This document shows, one piece after another, positions 9,000 through 18,519 of a stretch of 64,000 nucleotides of DNA. The first letter of the stretch is position 1. Every line of letters begins with the position of its first letter. The notes under the pieces are model-generated. The model saw only the letters and a list, made by a program, of their open reading frames with translations, was not told the DNA's origin and did no database searches. Source of the stretch: Phyllobacteriaceae bacterium (GTDB lineage: Bacteria > Pseudomonadota > Alphaproteobacteria > Rhizobiales > Rhizobiaceae); contig JANPEK010000135.1 in the NCBI GenBank assembly GCA_031422915.1, positions 5,895 through 69,894 of the forward strand, in the 5' to 3' direction. Made by a program: the position numbers and the translations under genes.

Positions 9000-9815
9000 A
9001 TTACTAAACAGGGTTTTCACAATATCGCCTATCGTGCTTGGGGCAATCCACATGCAACAACAGGCATCTTTTGCGTTCATGGCCTAACTCGCAACAGCAG
9101 CGATTTTGATCCTCTTGCGGCATCACTTTCCAAAAAGTATCGGGTGGTTTGTCCCGACCTTGCAGGTCGCGGAAAAAGTGAATGGTTATCCAACCCAAGC
9201 GACTACAACCTCCTTCAATATAACATGAACATGGTCGTTCTTGCTGCGAAGATTGGCTTCGACCGTTACGATTTGATCGGGACCTCGCCGGGCGGCTTGA
9301 TGGGCATCGCGCTTGCCGGAATCGAAAATTCGCCCATTCGCCGATTGGTGGTGAATGACGTAGCCCCCGAGATACCCTATTCGGCCCTAAATCGCATTGC
9401 TGCCTATGGTGGACACCACGCCAAGTTTCCGGACTTGGAGAGCGTCGAGAGGCATTTGCAGCTTACGCTTGCACTGTTCGCTCCAATGACCGGCGATGAC
9501 TGGACACGGATGGCCATGAACAGCACTCGCAAGGTCGATAACCACTATTTACTCCACCAATATGCTGAAATTTTCCGGAATGTTTCGTATTTTGTATTAT
9601 TCACCAACGTTGACCTTTGGCGGCAATGGGACAATATCGAATGCCCGGTACTAATCCTGCGCGGCAAAGACTTGGATTTTTTGACCAAAAGGCTGTTCGA
9701 TCGAGTGAAAGAGCGGCTGCCCAGGGCGGAAACGATTGAATTTGAGGGTGTCGGCCATACACCCACCCTGAACGCAGCATCGCAGATCAGGGCGATAATG
9801 GACTGGTTGGAATAA
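9000..9815 (+). CDS. Alpha/beta-fold hydrolase; no canonical start codon at the homologous N-terminus (possible pseudogene)
   Basis: Homology begins upstream of the tracked GTG (9144): ..ITKQGFHNIAYRAWGNPHATTGIFCVHGLTRNSSDFDPLAASLSKKYRVVCPDLAGRGKSEW. The nucleophile elbow is GTSPGG and a C-terminal GVGHTP is present. No ATG/GTG/TTG occurs in frame between the upstream stop and 9144. Confidence 0.65.
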   Translation: MTKQGFHNIAYRAWGNPHATTGIFCVHGLTRNSSDFDPLAASLSKKYRVVCPDLAGRGKSEWLSNPSDYNLLQYNMNMVVLAAKIGFDRYDLIGTSPGGLMGIALAGIENSPIRRLVVNDVAPEIPYSALNRIAAYGGHHAKFPDLESVERHLQLTLALFAPMTGDDWTRMAMNSTRKVDNHYLLHQYAEIFRNVSYFVLFTNVDLWRQWDNIECPVLILRGKDLDFLTKRLFDRVKERLPRAETIEFEGVGHTPTLNAASQIRAIMDWLE

Positions 9816-9991
9816 TCACAGTTATTGAGTCGTCCGCGAACATCTCTCAAGCCTCTGATTAAACGTCGTTTTCTGACACTTTCCCGGTTTTCATTTTGCA
9901 AGGAACCGCCATTCTTGGCCCGCTTTTCTTGCAGAGTGCCATGATGGTTTTCCTGTAATTCACTCCTCCAAACAGTGATTTAGAGGGTGCC

Positions 9992-11362
9992 ATTAAGCCT
10001 CGTGAAGCATTGGATGAAAGCCAGCGCGACATGTCCCAGGCGCGGCTCGACCAGATCATCGACATGGGCCACCCGAAGGCGGTTCTGGCGCGTCAGATCG
10101 ACTGGCGGCATTTAGCGAAGCGGTTTGGCGCATGTTACAGCGACGAGCCCGGCCATCCGGCGCTGCCGACGCGGCTCATAGCGGGGCTGCAAATCCTCAA
10201 ATATTCCGAGAACCTGACTGACGAGGTTTTGTGCGCTCGCTGGGTGGAGCACCCGTATTACCAGTACTTCTGCGGCGAGGAGTTTTTCCGGCACGAACTG
10301 CCGTTCGAGCGCACGTCGATGACCGGGTGGCGGCAGCGGATGGGCGATGAGAAGCTGGAGGCGCTCCTGCAGGAGAGCCTGTTTGTCGCGGTGAAGCTCT
10401 GCGCGGCCAAGCCCGCCGACTTCACGCAGATCATTGTTGACACGACGGTGCAGGAAAAGAACCCCGGCTTCCCGACCGACGCCAAACTGGCGCACCGGGC
10501 GCGTGAGCGGCTGGTCAGGCTGGCGGACAAGCACGATATGACGCTGCGCCAGTCCTATGCGCGCGACGGCAAGCTCGCCTTGATCATGCAGCACCGCTTA
10601 GCCCACGCCAAGCAGTTCAACCGCGCCAAAGCCAAGCTGAGCACGCTGCGAACCTATCTCGGCCGCACCGTCCGCGACATTGTCCGCAAAAAAGCCGGCG
10701 ACAGCTTCCTGCAGAACCAGTTTTCCGCCGAGCTCTACAAAGCCAACAGGGTCCTGACCCAAAGGCCACGCGGCGGCGGCAAGCATATCTAGTCCCTGCA
10801 CGCGCCGGAGGTCGAATGCATCGGCAAAGGCAAGTCCCACAAGCCCTATGAGTTCGGCGTCAAGGCCTCCATCGCCACCACGCTGAACCGCTGTAAGGGC
10901 GGCCAGTTCGCCATTCACGCCAAGACGCTGCCCGGACAGCCCTATGACGGGCACACACTTGAGACCGTGCTCCCGGATATCCAGGCCCTGACCGGCGCCG
11001 GCATCAAGCGCGTCCTGGCCGATGCCGGATACAAAGGCCACAACGTCCCGCTCGCCCACAAATTTCAGGTCTTCACCACCGGCCAGAAGCGCGGCGTCAC
11101 GGACCAGATCAAACGCCCGATGAAACGGCGCGCCACCGTCGAACAAGTCATCGGCCATATCAAAAACGAACACCGGATGAACCGCAGCTGGCTCGCCCAC
11201 AGCCATAGCGACGCAACAAACGCCGTCCTCGCAGCAGCCGGATACAATTTCAGTCTCATCCTCAAATGGATCAAGGCGCTTTGGCTCATTTTTCTACTGG
11301 GCGCTGTTTTCGTCAGTTCAGGCCAAAGCGGCGTTGTTGATGGACGACAAGACAGTTATTGA
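9992..11362 (+). mobile_element. IS5-family (IS5-group) transposase gene with an in-frame TAG; element ends not resolved
   Basis: (I)KPREALDESQRDMSQARLDQIIDMGHPKAVLARQIDW..PTRLIAGLQILKYSENLTDEVLCARWVEHPYYQYFCGEEFF..GGGKHI-TAG(10790-10792)-SLHAPEVECIGKGKSHKPYEFGVK..ADAGYKGHN..VIGHIKNEHRMNRS, all in one frame. The codon at the expected start is ATT (9992). Confidence 0.8.
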
Positions 11363-11564
11363 TCGGACAACGAATCCGAAATACCCAGGGACATATGGCC
11401 AGGGTGAGCGAATAGACCGTGTAATTAAGGACTTGTCCTTGGATGAAAAGTGTCGCCTGGTTGCACCGCGAAATATTTCAGTTTTCAAAACCGTCGTTTT
11501 GGACGAGTTTTAGAAATTTACGCCATGAGCCAACAACTTTCCAGAAGGGGTCTTCGGATTTTGC

Positions 11565-11580
11565 TTGCATACGTATGCGC
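11565..11580. promoter_or_regulatory. LacI-type operator candidate O1 (upstream of the SnoaL-like gene)
   Basis: TTGCATACGTATGCGC contains the perfect 12-bp palindrome GCATACGTATGC with a central CG, 82 nt upstream of the ATG at 11662. Confidence 0.55.
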
Positions 11581-11661
11581 AAACGGCAATGCTTTGCAAT
11601 CGTGTAAACTATTTGGAACGCAATCTGTCTGCACGGCGGCCGGAATGTAGGAGAAGTTGAA

Positions 11662-12819
11662 ATGGGAGAGAAAGTTGACACATCCAAGGTGGGCAGCGAG
11701 CCATTGCCTATCAAGGCAGAGCGCGTAATGCAGGTCGAACGGCACGATTATCCAAATCTTGCGCCGCAAGACGCCCCGCGCACGCAGTCGATGCGCGGTT
11801 TTGACGAAATCTACACAGACATTGTCGATTATATCGTCCGCTGCACGCACCGTATTTGGGACGAACGCGACATCGGGTTGATCTATACGCATTACACCCA
11901 CAACTGCGTTCTATACGGCACAACAGGTACGATCTATACGCGCGAAGAAATTGTCCGCGATACGATCCAGCGGCTTGTTTCCTTCCCGGAACGACGCGGA
12001 ATGGCGACGCATGTTGTCTGGAAAGGCAATGACAGGGAAGGTTTTTACACCTCGCATCTGGTGACAGGAACCGGAAGGCACAGCCAGAATGGCCACTTGG
12101 GTGCCGCGACGGGACGCGCTTTCACCTCGCGCACGATTGCGGACTGCATGATCTTTGAAAACAAGATTTATCGCGAGTGGGTGGTGGCCGATACCACTGC
12201 CATTCTGCAGCAACTGGGACTAGACGTGCAGGGCTACGCGGCTCGCATCGCTGCGTCCGCGTTCGATAAAGGCATGGTTTCGCTGGATATTGGTGAAAAC
12301 CGTCACATGATCGGCCAATACCCGCCGGAAGCCGAGGCAGACACATCGATCGCATCGACTGAGCTGGAGCGCTACACGCTGCGTTGGCTGCACGATGTTT
12401 TCAACCGCAAAATGCTCGGATTGATCCCCAAAGTTTATGCGCCGACGGTGCAGTATCACGGACCCTTGATGGCAGAGCTCTACGGTCATGCCTCGGTCAT
12501 TCACCAGACGCTTGGCCTGATTGGCTCGTTGCCGGATGCAGCATTCACCCCACAACATATTTGCACCACCCCTTGCGAAGAGGGCGGAGAGAAGGTTGCT
12601 GTCCGCTGGATCATGGAAGGGCATCATCTCGGCTTTGGGACGCTTGCGCATCTGGGCGCGCCGACTGGCAAACGTGTTCAGATCATGGGCATCAGCCATT
12701 ACCATTACAAGAATGGCAAGATTGTTGACGAGTGGCGGGTATTCGATGAAGCGTCTGCGTTGGTCCAGGTGAAACTGGCGCAAATGGCGGATGTGAAGGC
12801 AGCGTCCCTCACTGTGTGA
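11662..12819 (+). CDS. Tandem SnoaL-like / NTF2-superfamily protein (two ester-cyclase-like repeats)
   Basis: 385 aa with two similar halves (..IVRCTHRIWDERDIGLIYTHYTHNCVLYG.. and ..LRWLHDVFNRKMLGLIPKVYAPTVQYHGP..GKRVQIMGISHYHYKNGKIVDEWRVFDE), the pattern of SnoaL-like polyketide-cyclase-fold proteins. RBS AGGAGAAG. Confidence 0.65.
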   Translation: MGEKVDTSKVGSEPLPIKAERVMQVERHDYPNLAPQDAPRTQSMRGFDEIYTDIVDYIVRCTHRIWDERDIGLIYTHYTHNCVLYGTTGTIYTREEIVRDTIQRLVSFPERRGMATHVVWKGNDREGFYTSHLVTGTGRHSQNGHLGAATGRAFTSRTIADCMIFENKIYREWVVADTTAILQQLGLDVQGYAARIAASAFDKGMVSLDIGENRHMIGQYPPEAEADTSIASTELERYTLRWLHDVFNRKMLGLIPKVYAPTVQYHGPLMAELYGHASVIHQTLGLIGSLPDAAFTPQHICTTPCEEGGEKVAVRWIMEGHHLGFGTLAHLGAPTGKRVQIMGISHYHYKNGKIVDEWRVFDEASALVQVKLAQMADVKAASLTV

Positions 12820-12844
12820 TTTCATCTGCATAAGTCACAATGCG

Positions 12845-12880
12845 ATGCCCGGGTCCTGCCAACGACCCGGGCATTTTTCT
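12845..12880 (+). terminator. Rho-independent terminator after the SnoaL-like gene
   Basis: ATGCCCGGGTC-ctgccaac-GACCCGGGCAT followed by TTTTT; an 11-bp perfect GC-rich stem. Confidence 0.8.
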
Positions 12881-12918
12881 GCCAACGCACGGGCGAGCGC
12901 CATGCGCGCACTTAGTGT

Positions 12919-12934
12919 TTGCATTCGTATGCAA
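12919..12934. promoter_or_regulatory. LacI-type operator candidate O2 (upstream of the ABC binding-protein gene)
   Basis: TTGCATTCGTATGCAA, a 16-bp palindrome with one mismatched pair and a central CG, 84 nt upstream of the ATG at 13018. Confidence 0.55.
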
Positions 12935-13017
12935 AAGCTGCTTATCTTACGTCAGCCACACAAGAGGGCGTATCGGAGTCCGGCTATCAAGCCGTGAACC
13001 TGCAGAGAGGACAAGCG

Positions 13018-14274
13018 ATGAACATGATGGTGAAACGGAACCTTGCGCTGGGCGCGGTCAGCCTTATGGCTTTGACACTTGGCACGGGAATGGCGATAGC
13101 GGCCTGCGCCATTGATGGGGCGGGATCTGTCCGCATTCTGTCCAATGACTTTGAAGCGCTTCGCGCGGTAAACGACGCGGCGGCAACCTGCGCCAGCGGC
13201 ACGGTCACTGTAACCGCCAACGCCTCGGCGGAACACAAGAATATCCAGGGGCCGGCCCTTTCGGCCAACCCCGCAGAGTATACTGTCGCCGTCGTCGCCA
13301 ACAACTCGATTGTGCCACTTTTGAATGACGGGCTCATTCGTTCGCTTGACGACCTGGTTGCAAAATATGGCGCGTCGCTCCAGCCGAACCAGTTGATCAA
13401 GATTGACGGCAAGGTCATGGCCGTTGCCTTCATGGGCAATGGCCAGCATTTGTTTTACCGCAAGGATATTCTGGAAAAGGCCGGTCTGGATGTCCCCAAA
13501 TCCTATGAAGACATTCTCGCGGATGCGCAGGTGATCAAGGACAAGGGACTGATGGAGCATCCACTGGCCGCATCCGACAAGCCGGGCTGGGACCTCGCGG
13601 CAGAGTTCGTCAACATGTATCTGGGCACTGGCGGCGAGTTTTTTGCCAATGGCACTGCAGAGCTTGCCATCGACAATGACAATGGACGCAAGGTTCTTGA
13701 GACCATGCGTGGCATGACCAAATTCATGAATCCCGACTATCTGACCTATGATGCCAATGAACTTAACAAGGTCTGGGATGCCGGCAAAGTGGCGATGATG
13801 GTTCAGTGGGGTTCACTCGCCAGCGCCGCGACAGATCCGGTGAAAGCCAACGCGGACGTCGCCAAGAATACAGGATTTGCCGCGGCACCAACGATCAATG
13901 GCGGCACTCTTCCGGCAGCGGCTCTGTGGTGGGATGGCTTCACCATCGCCAAGAACATCTCGGATGAAGACGCTGCTGCGTCATTCCAGGCGATTGTCCA
14001 TGGCATCGGCCCTGAAACAGTGTCCGCAAATGCCGACAAAGCCACGTGGCTCGTTGCAGGCTATAATCCAGGTCCTGCCGCTGTGGGTGTAATCGGCAAT
14101 GCCACAGGTGGCGCACGCGCATATCCGATGCAGCCCTATATGGGTCTGTTGCACACAGCGCTGTCATCCGAGTTGGCAGACTTTATTGCCGGCAAGGAAG
14201 AAGCCGATCAAGCTTTGGCTGATGTCAAAGCCGCTTATGATGCCGCAGCAAAAGAGGGCGGGTTCCTGAAATAA
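13018..14274 (+). CDS. ABC transporter substrate-binding protein (family 1, carbohydrate type)
   Basis: Start chosen at MNMMVKRNLALGAVSLMALTLGTGMAIAA (signal peptide; RBS GAGAGGA). The mature part has typical CUT1 solute-binding-protein composition. The tracked ORF starts earlier at 12919. Confidence 0.85.
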   Translation: MNMMVKRNLALGAVSLMALTLGTGMAIAACAIDGAGSVRILSNDFEALRAVNDAAATCASGTVTVTANASAEHKNIQGPALSANPAEYTVAVVANNSIVPLLNDGLIRSLDDLVAKYGASLQPNQLIKIDGKVMAVAFMGNGQHLFYRKDILEKAGLDVPKSYEDILADAQVIKDKGLMEHPLAASDKPGWDLAAEFVNMYLGTGGEFFANGTAELAIDNDNGRKVLETMRGMTKFMNPDYLTYDANELNKVWDAGKVAMMVQWGSLASAATDPVKANADVAKNTGFAAAPTINGGTLPAAALWWDGFTIAKNISDEDAAASFQAIVHGIGPETVSANADKATWLVAGYNPGPAAVGVIGNATGGARAYPMQPYMGLLHTALSSELADFIAGKEEADQALADVKAAYDAAAKEGGFLK

Positions 14275-14298
14275 GGCCAGTTCTTCCCGGCCTTTCGG

Positions 14299-14331
14299 GG
14301 TCCGGCTACGCTTGTCACAGCCGGACCTTTT
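14299..14331 (+). terminator. Intercistronic stem-loop with short T-run between binding-protein and permease genes (attenuator / mRNA stabiliser)
   Basis: GGTCCGGCT-acgcttgtcac-AGCCGGACC followed by TTTT. Confidence 0.5.
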
Positions 14332-14431
14332 CCATCCCAGTTGCGCGCCCTTGTGAATGCCTTTGATCTGAAGTGCGCATGCGCCTTTTGGCTTGCATGT
14401 CTGCTTTTGGCCCTTTGACCGGACAAACCCG

Positions 14432-15463
14432 ATGCCGCATCGCACATTTTTCACATTCATCCTCCCGTCACTCGTGGCAATGCTTTTGTTCATCTCATTG
14501 CCGATCATGTCGGTCGTGGTGCAGTCGCTGTTTCAGGAACACGAGGCAATCTTGACCACAGTCGAGAATTGCGGACCGTTCGGTTGCGAAAAGCAGACCA
14601 AAGTGGATACGGAGGCGATGGAAAAGCTGAAGGGTGAAAGTCCGCTCGGGCAGTTCGCAGGCCTGTCCAATTACCTGAACCGCAACCATCTCGCCTTGCA
14701 GGAACTTGGTCAGATCTTCAGCACCGGCACTGGGCTGCGGAATATTGCTGCCAAAATCATGAATCTGCCATTCTACCGCGCGCTTGCCTTCACACTGGTC
14801 TACTGCTTCACGGTAACACCTCTGGCGATGGCGCTTGGCTTTGCTGTTGCCATGGCGGTCAATTCGCTGCCGCGCTTCTGGCGCGGGCCGGCAATTTTCA
14901 TTTCAATCCTGCCGATGATCATAACGCCTCTCATCGGCTCGTTGATCTTGGCATGGATGTTCAATCCTGCGGGCATTTTCGGTGCTTTGTTGCAAAATCT
15001 GACCGGTGATCCGACGCTTTCCCTTCGCGCGTCTCCGGTCCTGACGTGGGTGGTTCTTTTGGGCTACGGCATCTGGACCAACGGCCCGTTTTCGTTCGTG
15101 GTCTTCTATGCGGGACTGCAGACGGTGCCGCAGGACACGCTGGAGAGCGCCAGGATTGACGGGGCCACCCGTTGGGAAGCGACACGGTTCGTGATCATCC
15201 CGCACCTGATGCCCTTGGCGACATTTGTCGCGCTGGTGCAGTTGATGGACAATTTCCGCGTCTTTGAACCCATCGTCGGCTTTTCGGCGGAAGCCAATGC
15301 GACTTCGCTGTCGTGGCTTGTCTACAATGATCTGGTCAGTCAGGACGCGCAGCAATTTGGATCGGCGGCGGCAACGTCAGTGCTGACAATCATCGGCGTG
15401 GTGGTTCTGCTGACACCGGTCTTGATCCGCACATGGCGCGACTTCTCGCGAAAGGTAGTGTGA
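14432..15463 (+). CDS. ABC transporter permease (MalF/UgpA-like)
   Basis: Start at MPHRTFFTFILPSLVAMLLF. Multiple TM segments; the EAA-type loop reads ..ESARIDGATRWEATRFVIIPHL. Confidence 0.9.
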   Translation: MPHRTFFTFILPSLVAMLLFISLPIMSVVVQSLFQEHEAILTTVENCGPFGCEKQTKVDTEAMEKLKGESPLGQFAGLSNYLNRNHLALQELGQIFSTGTGLRNIAAKIMNLPFYRALAFTLVYCFTVTPLAMALGFAVAMAVNSLPRFWRGPAIFISILPMIITPLIGSLILAWMFNPAGIFGALLQNLTGDPTLSLRASPVLTWVVLLGYGIWTNGPFSFVVFYAGLQTVPQDTLESARIDGATRWEATRFVIIPHLMPLATFVALVQLMDNFRVFEPIVGFSAEANATSLSWLVYNDLVSQDAQQFGSAAATSVLTIIGVVVLLTPVLIRTWRDFSRKVV

Positions 15464-15464
15464 C

Positions 15465-16346
15465 ATGTCTGATCAGGTAAACAGCCGCCCGACTGGCTTG
15501 AAACTGTTGACCAACGCCTTTCTGGCTATTTGGCTTCTGGCGGCGCTGTTCCCGTTTGCGTGGACGGTATGGGGCAGCTTCAAGGTAGAGCCGGATTTCT
15601 TTTCCCGTGAAAGCTTCTGGAACGCCATCGTCGGCACACGAACGCAAATGCAAACCGGCGGTGCTTTCACACTGAATGGGTATGAGGGCGCGTGGATCAA
15701 AAATGAATTCTGGCGCTCCGCGATCAACACCGGAATCGTCACAATTTCCGTCACCTGCATATCGCTCTTTGTCGGCACGCTCGGCGGCTATGCGTTGGCG
15801 CGCTCCGGTTTTCGCTACGCATTCTGGATATTGATCGCGGCGCTCGTCTTCCGAGCCATGCCGCACATCACGCTGGTTTCGGGCTATCTGCTTCCATTTT
15901 TTGAATTGAACATCTGGGGCGTGATGCCGACCACCATCATAGTTCTGGTGGCTATCAACCAGCCCTTCACGCTCTGGATGCTGCATTCGTTTTTTCTGTC
16001 AATTCCCAAAGACCTTGACGAAAGCGCGATGGTGGACGGCTGCACGCGGTTCCAGGCGTTTCGCATGGTTATCATTCCGGTGATGTGGCCGGGCGTGGTG
16101 ACCACCGGTCTGTTCAGCTTCCTGCTCGGCTACAATGACTTTGCCGTCACGTCGATGCTTCTGAGCCAGGACAATCAAACGATGATCCCGAAGATCGCGT
16201 CGTTCCTTGGCTCGATACAGAACGAAGGCAACGTCATGTTCGCAGTCGCGGCTGTTGTTTCAGCCACTGTTCCACTCTTCATTCTCGTCCTCTTCTTCCA
16301 GCGCCAGATCGTTTCCGGTCTGACCGCCGGTGCTGTCAAAGGATAA
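15465..16346 (+). CDS. ABC transporter permease (MalG/UgpE-like)
   Basis: Begins 1 nt after the previous stop. The EAA loop reads DESAMVDGCTRFQAFRMVIIPVMWPG. Confidence 0.9.
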   Translation: MSDQVNSRPTGLKLLTNAFLAIWLLAALFPFAWTVWGSFKVEPDFFSRESFWNAIVGTRTQMQTGGAFTLNGYEGAWIKNEFWRSAINTGIVTISVTCISLFVGTLGGYALARSGFRYAFWILIAALVFRAMPHITLVSGYLLPFFELNIWGVMPTTIIVLVAINQPFTLWMLHSFFLSIPKDLDESAMVDGCTRFQAFRMVIIPVMWPGVVTTGLFSFLLGYNDFAVTSMLLSQDNQTMIPKIASFLGSIQNEGNVMFAVAAVVSATVPLFILVLFFQRQIVSGLTAGAVKG

Positions 16347-16349
16347 ATC

Positions 16350-17411
16350 ATGGCCCGCATCCGCCTCAACAATGTCGCAAAACGCTGGGGTACCGTTACC
16401 GGCGTCAGCGACGTCAATCTCGATATTGCCGACGGTGAGTTCGTGGTTTTTCTCGGACCGTCCGGCTGCGGCAAGACCACGACCATGCGCATGATCGCCG
16501 GTCTTGAAAGCATCACTGAAGGAGAAATCTGGATCGGTGATCGCTTGGTAAACAAGTTGGAGCCGAAGGACCGGGACATATCCATGGTGTTTCAAAGCTA
16601 TGGGCTTTACCCGAACCTGACGGTCTACGAAAATATCCGCTTTCCGCTGCGTGTGCGCCGCATTCCAAAAGCCGAACATCACGAGCGTGTCATGCGCGCC
16701 TCGGCCATGGTGGAGCTGGGTGATTATCTTGACCGCCGCCCGGCGGCTCTTTCAGGTGGTCAGCGCCAGCGCGTGGCGCTCGCCCGCGCCATTGTGCGCG
16801 AACCAAACGCATTCCTGATGGACGAACCACTGTCAAACCTTGACGCCAAACTGCGCGTCTCGACGCGGGCGCAAATCAAGAACCTGCACCACACGCTGAA
16901 AACGACAACTGTCTACGTCACCCACGACCAGATTGAAGCCATGACGTTGGCCGATAGAGTGGTCGTCATGAGCCATGGCCGGATGCAGCAGATCGGAACG
17001 CCAACGGAAATCTACGACCGTCCATCCAACACCTTCGTCGCAGGGTTCATTGGTTCACCGGCGATGAACCTCATTCCCGGTCATCTGACAGGCGGGACGT
17101 TCCGCGCTGACGGCATGCAGGTTTCAGGACTGACCGCCCCGGACGGGCCGGTCACACTCGGCTTCCGGGCCGAGGACGTAGCGACTGCAAATGGCGGATC
17201 CACCGGACAAATCAACGCTCCGGTCTATTCGATGGAGCTGTTGGGCGATGCCACGCTTGTGACTGTGCGGGTCGGCGAGGCATTGGTTGCCACAAAAGCA
17301 ACAAAGGATTTTCGTATTGGCATCGGCGCACCGTTGTCGATCAGCGTCCCCGCCTCCGTTGTACATCTATTTGACAAATCGACCGGCTCCCGCCTTTCAA
17401 ACCTGCGATAA
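16350..17411 (+). CDS. ABC transporter ATP-binding protein (MalK/UgpC-like)
   Basis: Walker A GPSGCGKTT, signature LSGGQRQRVALARA, Walker B FLMDEPLSNLD, and a C-terminal TOBE-like regulatory domain. Confidence 0.95.
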   Translation: MARIRLNNVAKRWGTVTGVSDVNLDIADGEFVVFLGPSGCGKTTTMRMIAGLESITEGEIWIGDRLVNKLEPKDRDISMVFQSYGLYPNLTVYENIRFPLRVRRIPKAEHHERVMRASAMVELGDYLDRRPAALSGGQRQRVALARAIVREPNAFLMDEPLSNLDAKLRVSTRAQIKNLHHTLKTTTVYVTHDQIEAMTLADRVVVMSHGRMQQIGTPTEIYDRPSNTFVAGFIGSPAMNLIPGHLTGGTFRADGMQVSGLTAPDGPVTLGFRAEDVATANGGSTGQINAPVYSMELLGDATLVTVRVGEALVATKATKDFRIGIGAPLSISVPASVVHLFDKSTGSRLSNLR

Positions 17412-17461
17412 CGGACTTGCCGCGACGCTTTGCATCTGAAAAGACGGTCGCAGGCAGGGGA

Positions 17462-18490
17462 ATGTCATCCATGGCGAATGATAAGGTAACTTCACTGGAG
17501 GTGGCAGCGTTGGCTGGAGTCAGCCAGTCAGCCGTCAGCCGCGTGTTCACACTCGGATCCTCTGTCAGTCCAAAGACCGCGGAAAAAGTCCGCGCTGCGG
17601 CCGAAAAGTTGGGGTATCGGCCAAACGTTTTGGCAAGATCCCTGAAATCCGGCAAGAGCCGTATAATCGGCTTGGTCGTGGCCTATCTGGAGAACTATTT
17701 TTACCCTGAAGTTGTCGAACGGCTGTCGGGTGAACTTCAAAAAGAGGGCTACCACGTCTTGGTCTTTCTGGCCCCGGTTTCGACTGTCAACGTCGATCAG
17801 GTGGTGCGCGAACTGTTGGACTATCAGGTCGACGGGATTGTCATGGCATCGATTTCGATGTCGTCAGACCTGGCGGAGCGTTGCCAGGCAACCGGAATAC
17901 CGGTGGTGCTCTTCAACCGCGCCCTGCCAGATCCGCGCCTGTCCTCGGTTACAACGGACAATTTCAAAGGCGGCCGAATGCTGGCTGATTATCTTATCTC
18001 GCTCGGCCATGAGAATATCGCCTACATTGCAGGGTTCTCCGGCGCCTCCACCCAAATCGACCGCGAAGCCGGCTTTCGTGCGGGACTGAAAGCTGCCGGC
18101 AAAGAACTCTATGCGCGCGCCGAGGGGAATTTCAGCTATCCGGATGCGCAACGCGCGACGCGACAATTGTTTGCCACAACGCACCGCCCGGACGCTGTTT
18201 TTGTTGCCAACGATCATATGGCTTTTGCAGTCATGGATGTGCTGCGCTTTGAAATGGGGTTGAATGTGCCGCGTGATGTCTCGGTTGTTGGCTTCGATGA
18301 TGTGCCTTTGGCAGCTTGGCCGGCTTACAGCCTCACCACAGTGCGTCAGCATGTCGATCAGATGGTCGCTGAAACCGTGCAGATGTTGATTTCATCAATT
18401 TCCGAACGGACAGGGGAATCAAAGCGCGTTGTGCTCGACGGTTCGCTCATCATCCGGGGGTCCACACGCAAGCATCGGAGCGTCAGTTGA
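17462..18490 (+). CDS. LacI-family transcriptional regulator
   Basis: Start at MSSMANDKVTSLEVAALAGVSQSAVSRVF (LacI HTH) after RBS AGGGGA; a periplasmic-binding-fold effector domain follows. The tracked ORF starts at TTG 17417. Confidence 0.9.
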   Translation: MSSMANDKVTSLEVAALAGVSQSAVSRVFTLGSSVSPKTAEKVRAAAEKLGYRPNVLARSLKSGKSRIIGLVVAYLENYFYPEVVERLSGELQKEGYHVLVFLAPVSTVNVDQVVRELLDYQVDGIVMASISMSSDLAERCQATGIPVVLFNRALPDPRLSSVTTDNFKGGRMLADYLISLGHENIAYIAGFSGASTQIDREAGFRAGLKAAGKELYARAEGNFSYPDAQRATRQLFATTHRPDAVFVANDHMAFAVMDVLRFEMGLNVPRDVSVVGFDDVPLAAWPAYSLTTVRQHVDQMVAETVQMLISSISERTGESKRVVLDGSLIIRGSTRKHRSVS

Positions 18491-18519
18491 CTGAATTGGG
18501 TGAGGAGGCATTCCAGCGC

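Noticed and set aside
2210-10792. Idea that TAG is recoded (for example to Tyr or another sense codon) in this organism.
   Set aside because: TAG also serves as the ordinary terminator of neighbouring intact genes, such as the DUF1349 gene at 7167-7169. TAA and TGA interruptions occur too. Pseudogenisation is the simpler explanation.
11395-11460. Possible second, degenerate IS5 left end (AGGGTG..CGTG..TTGGATGAAA, similar to 9984-10020). I also considered an IS5-type terminal repeat GAGGGTGCCATTAAGC at about 9983.
   Set aside because: Only short patches match, no corresponding right-end inverted repeat was found, and the similarity could be chance. A real alignment is needed.
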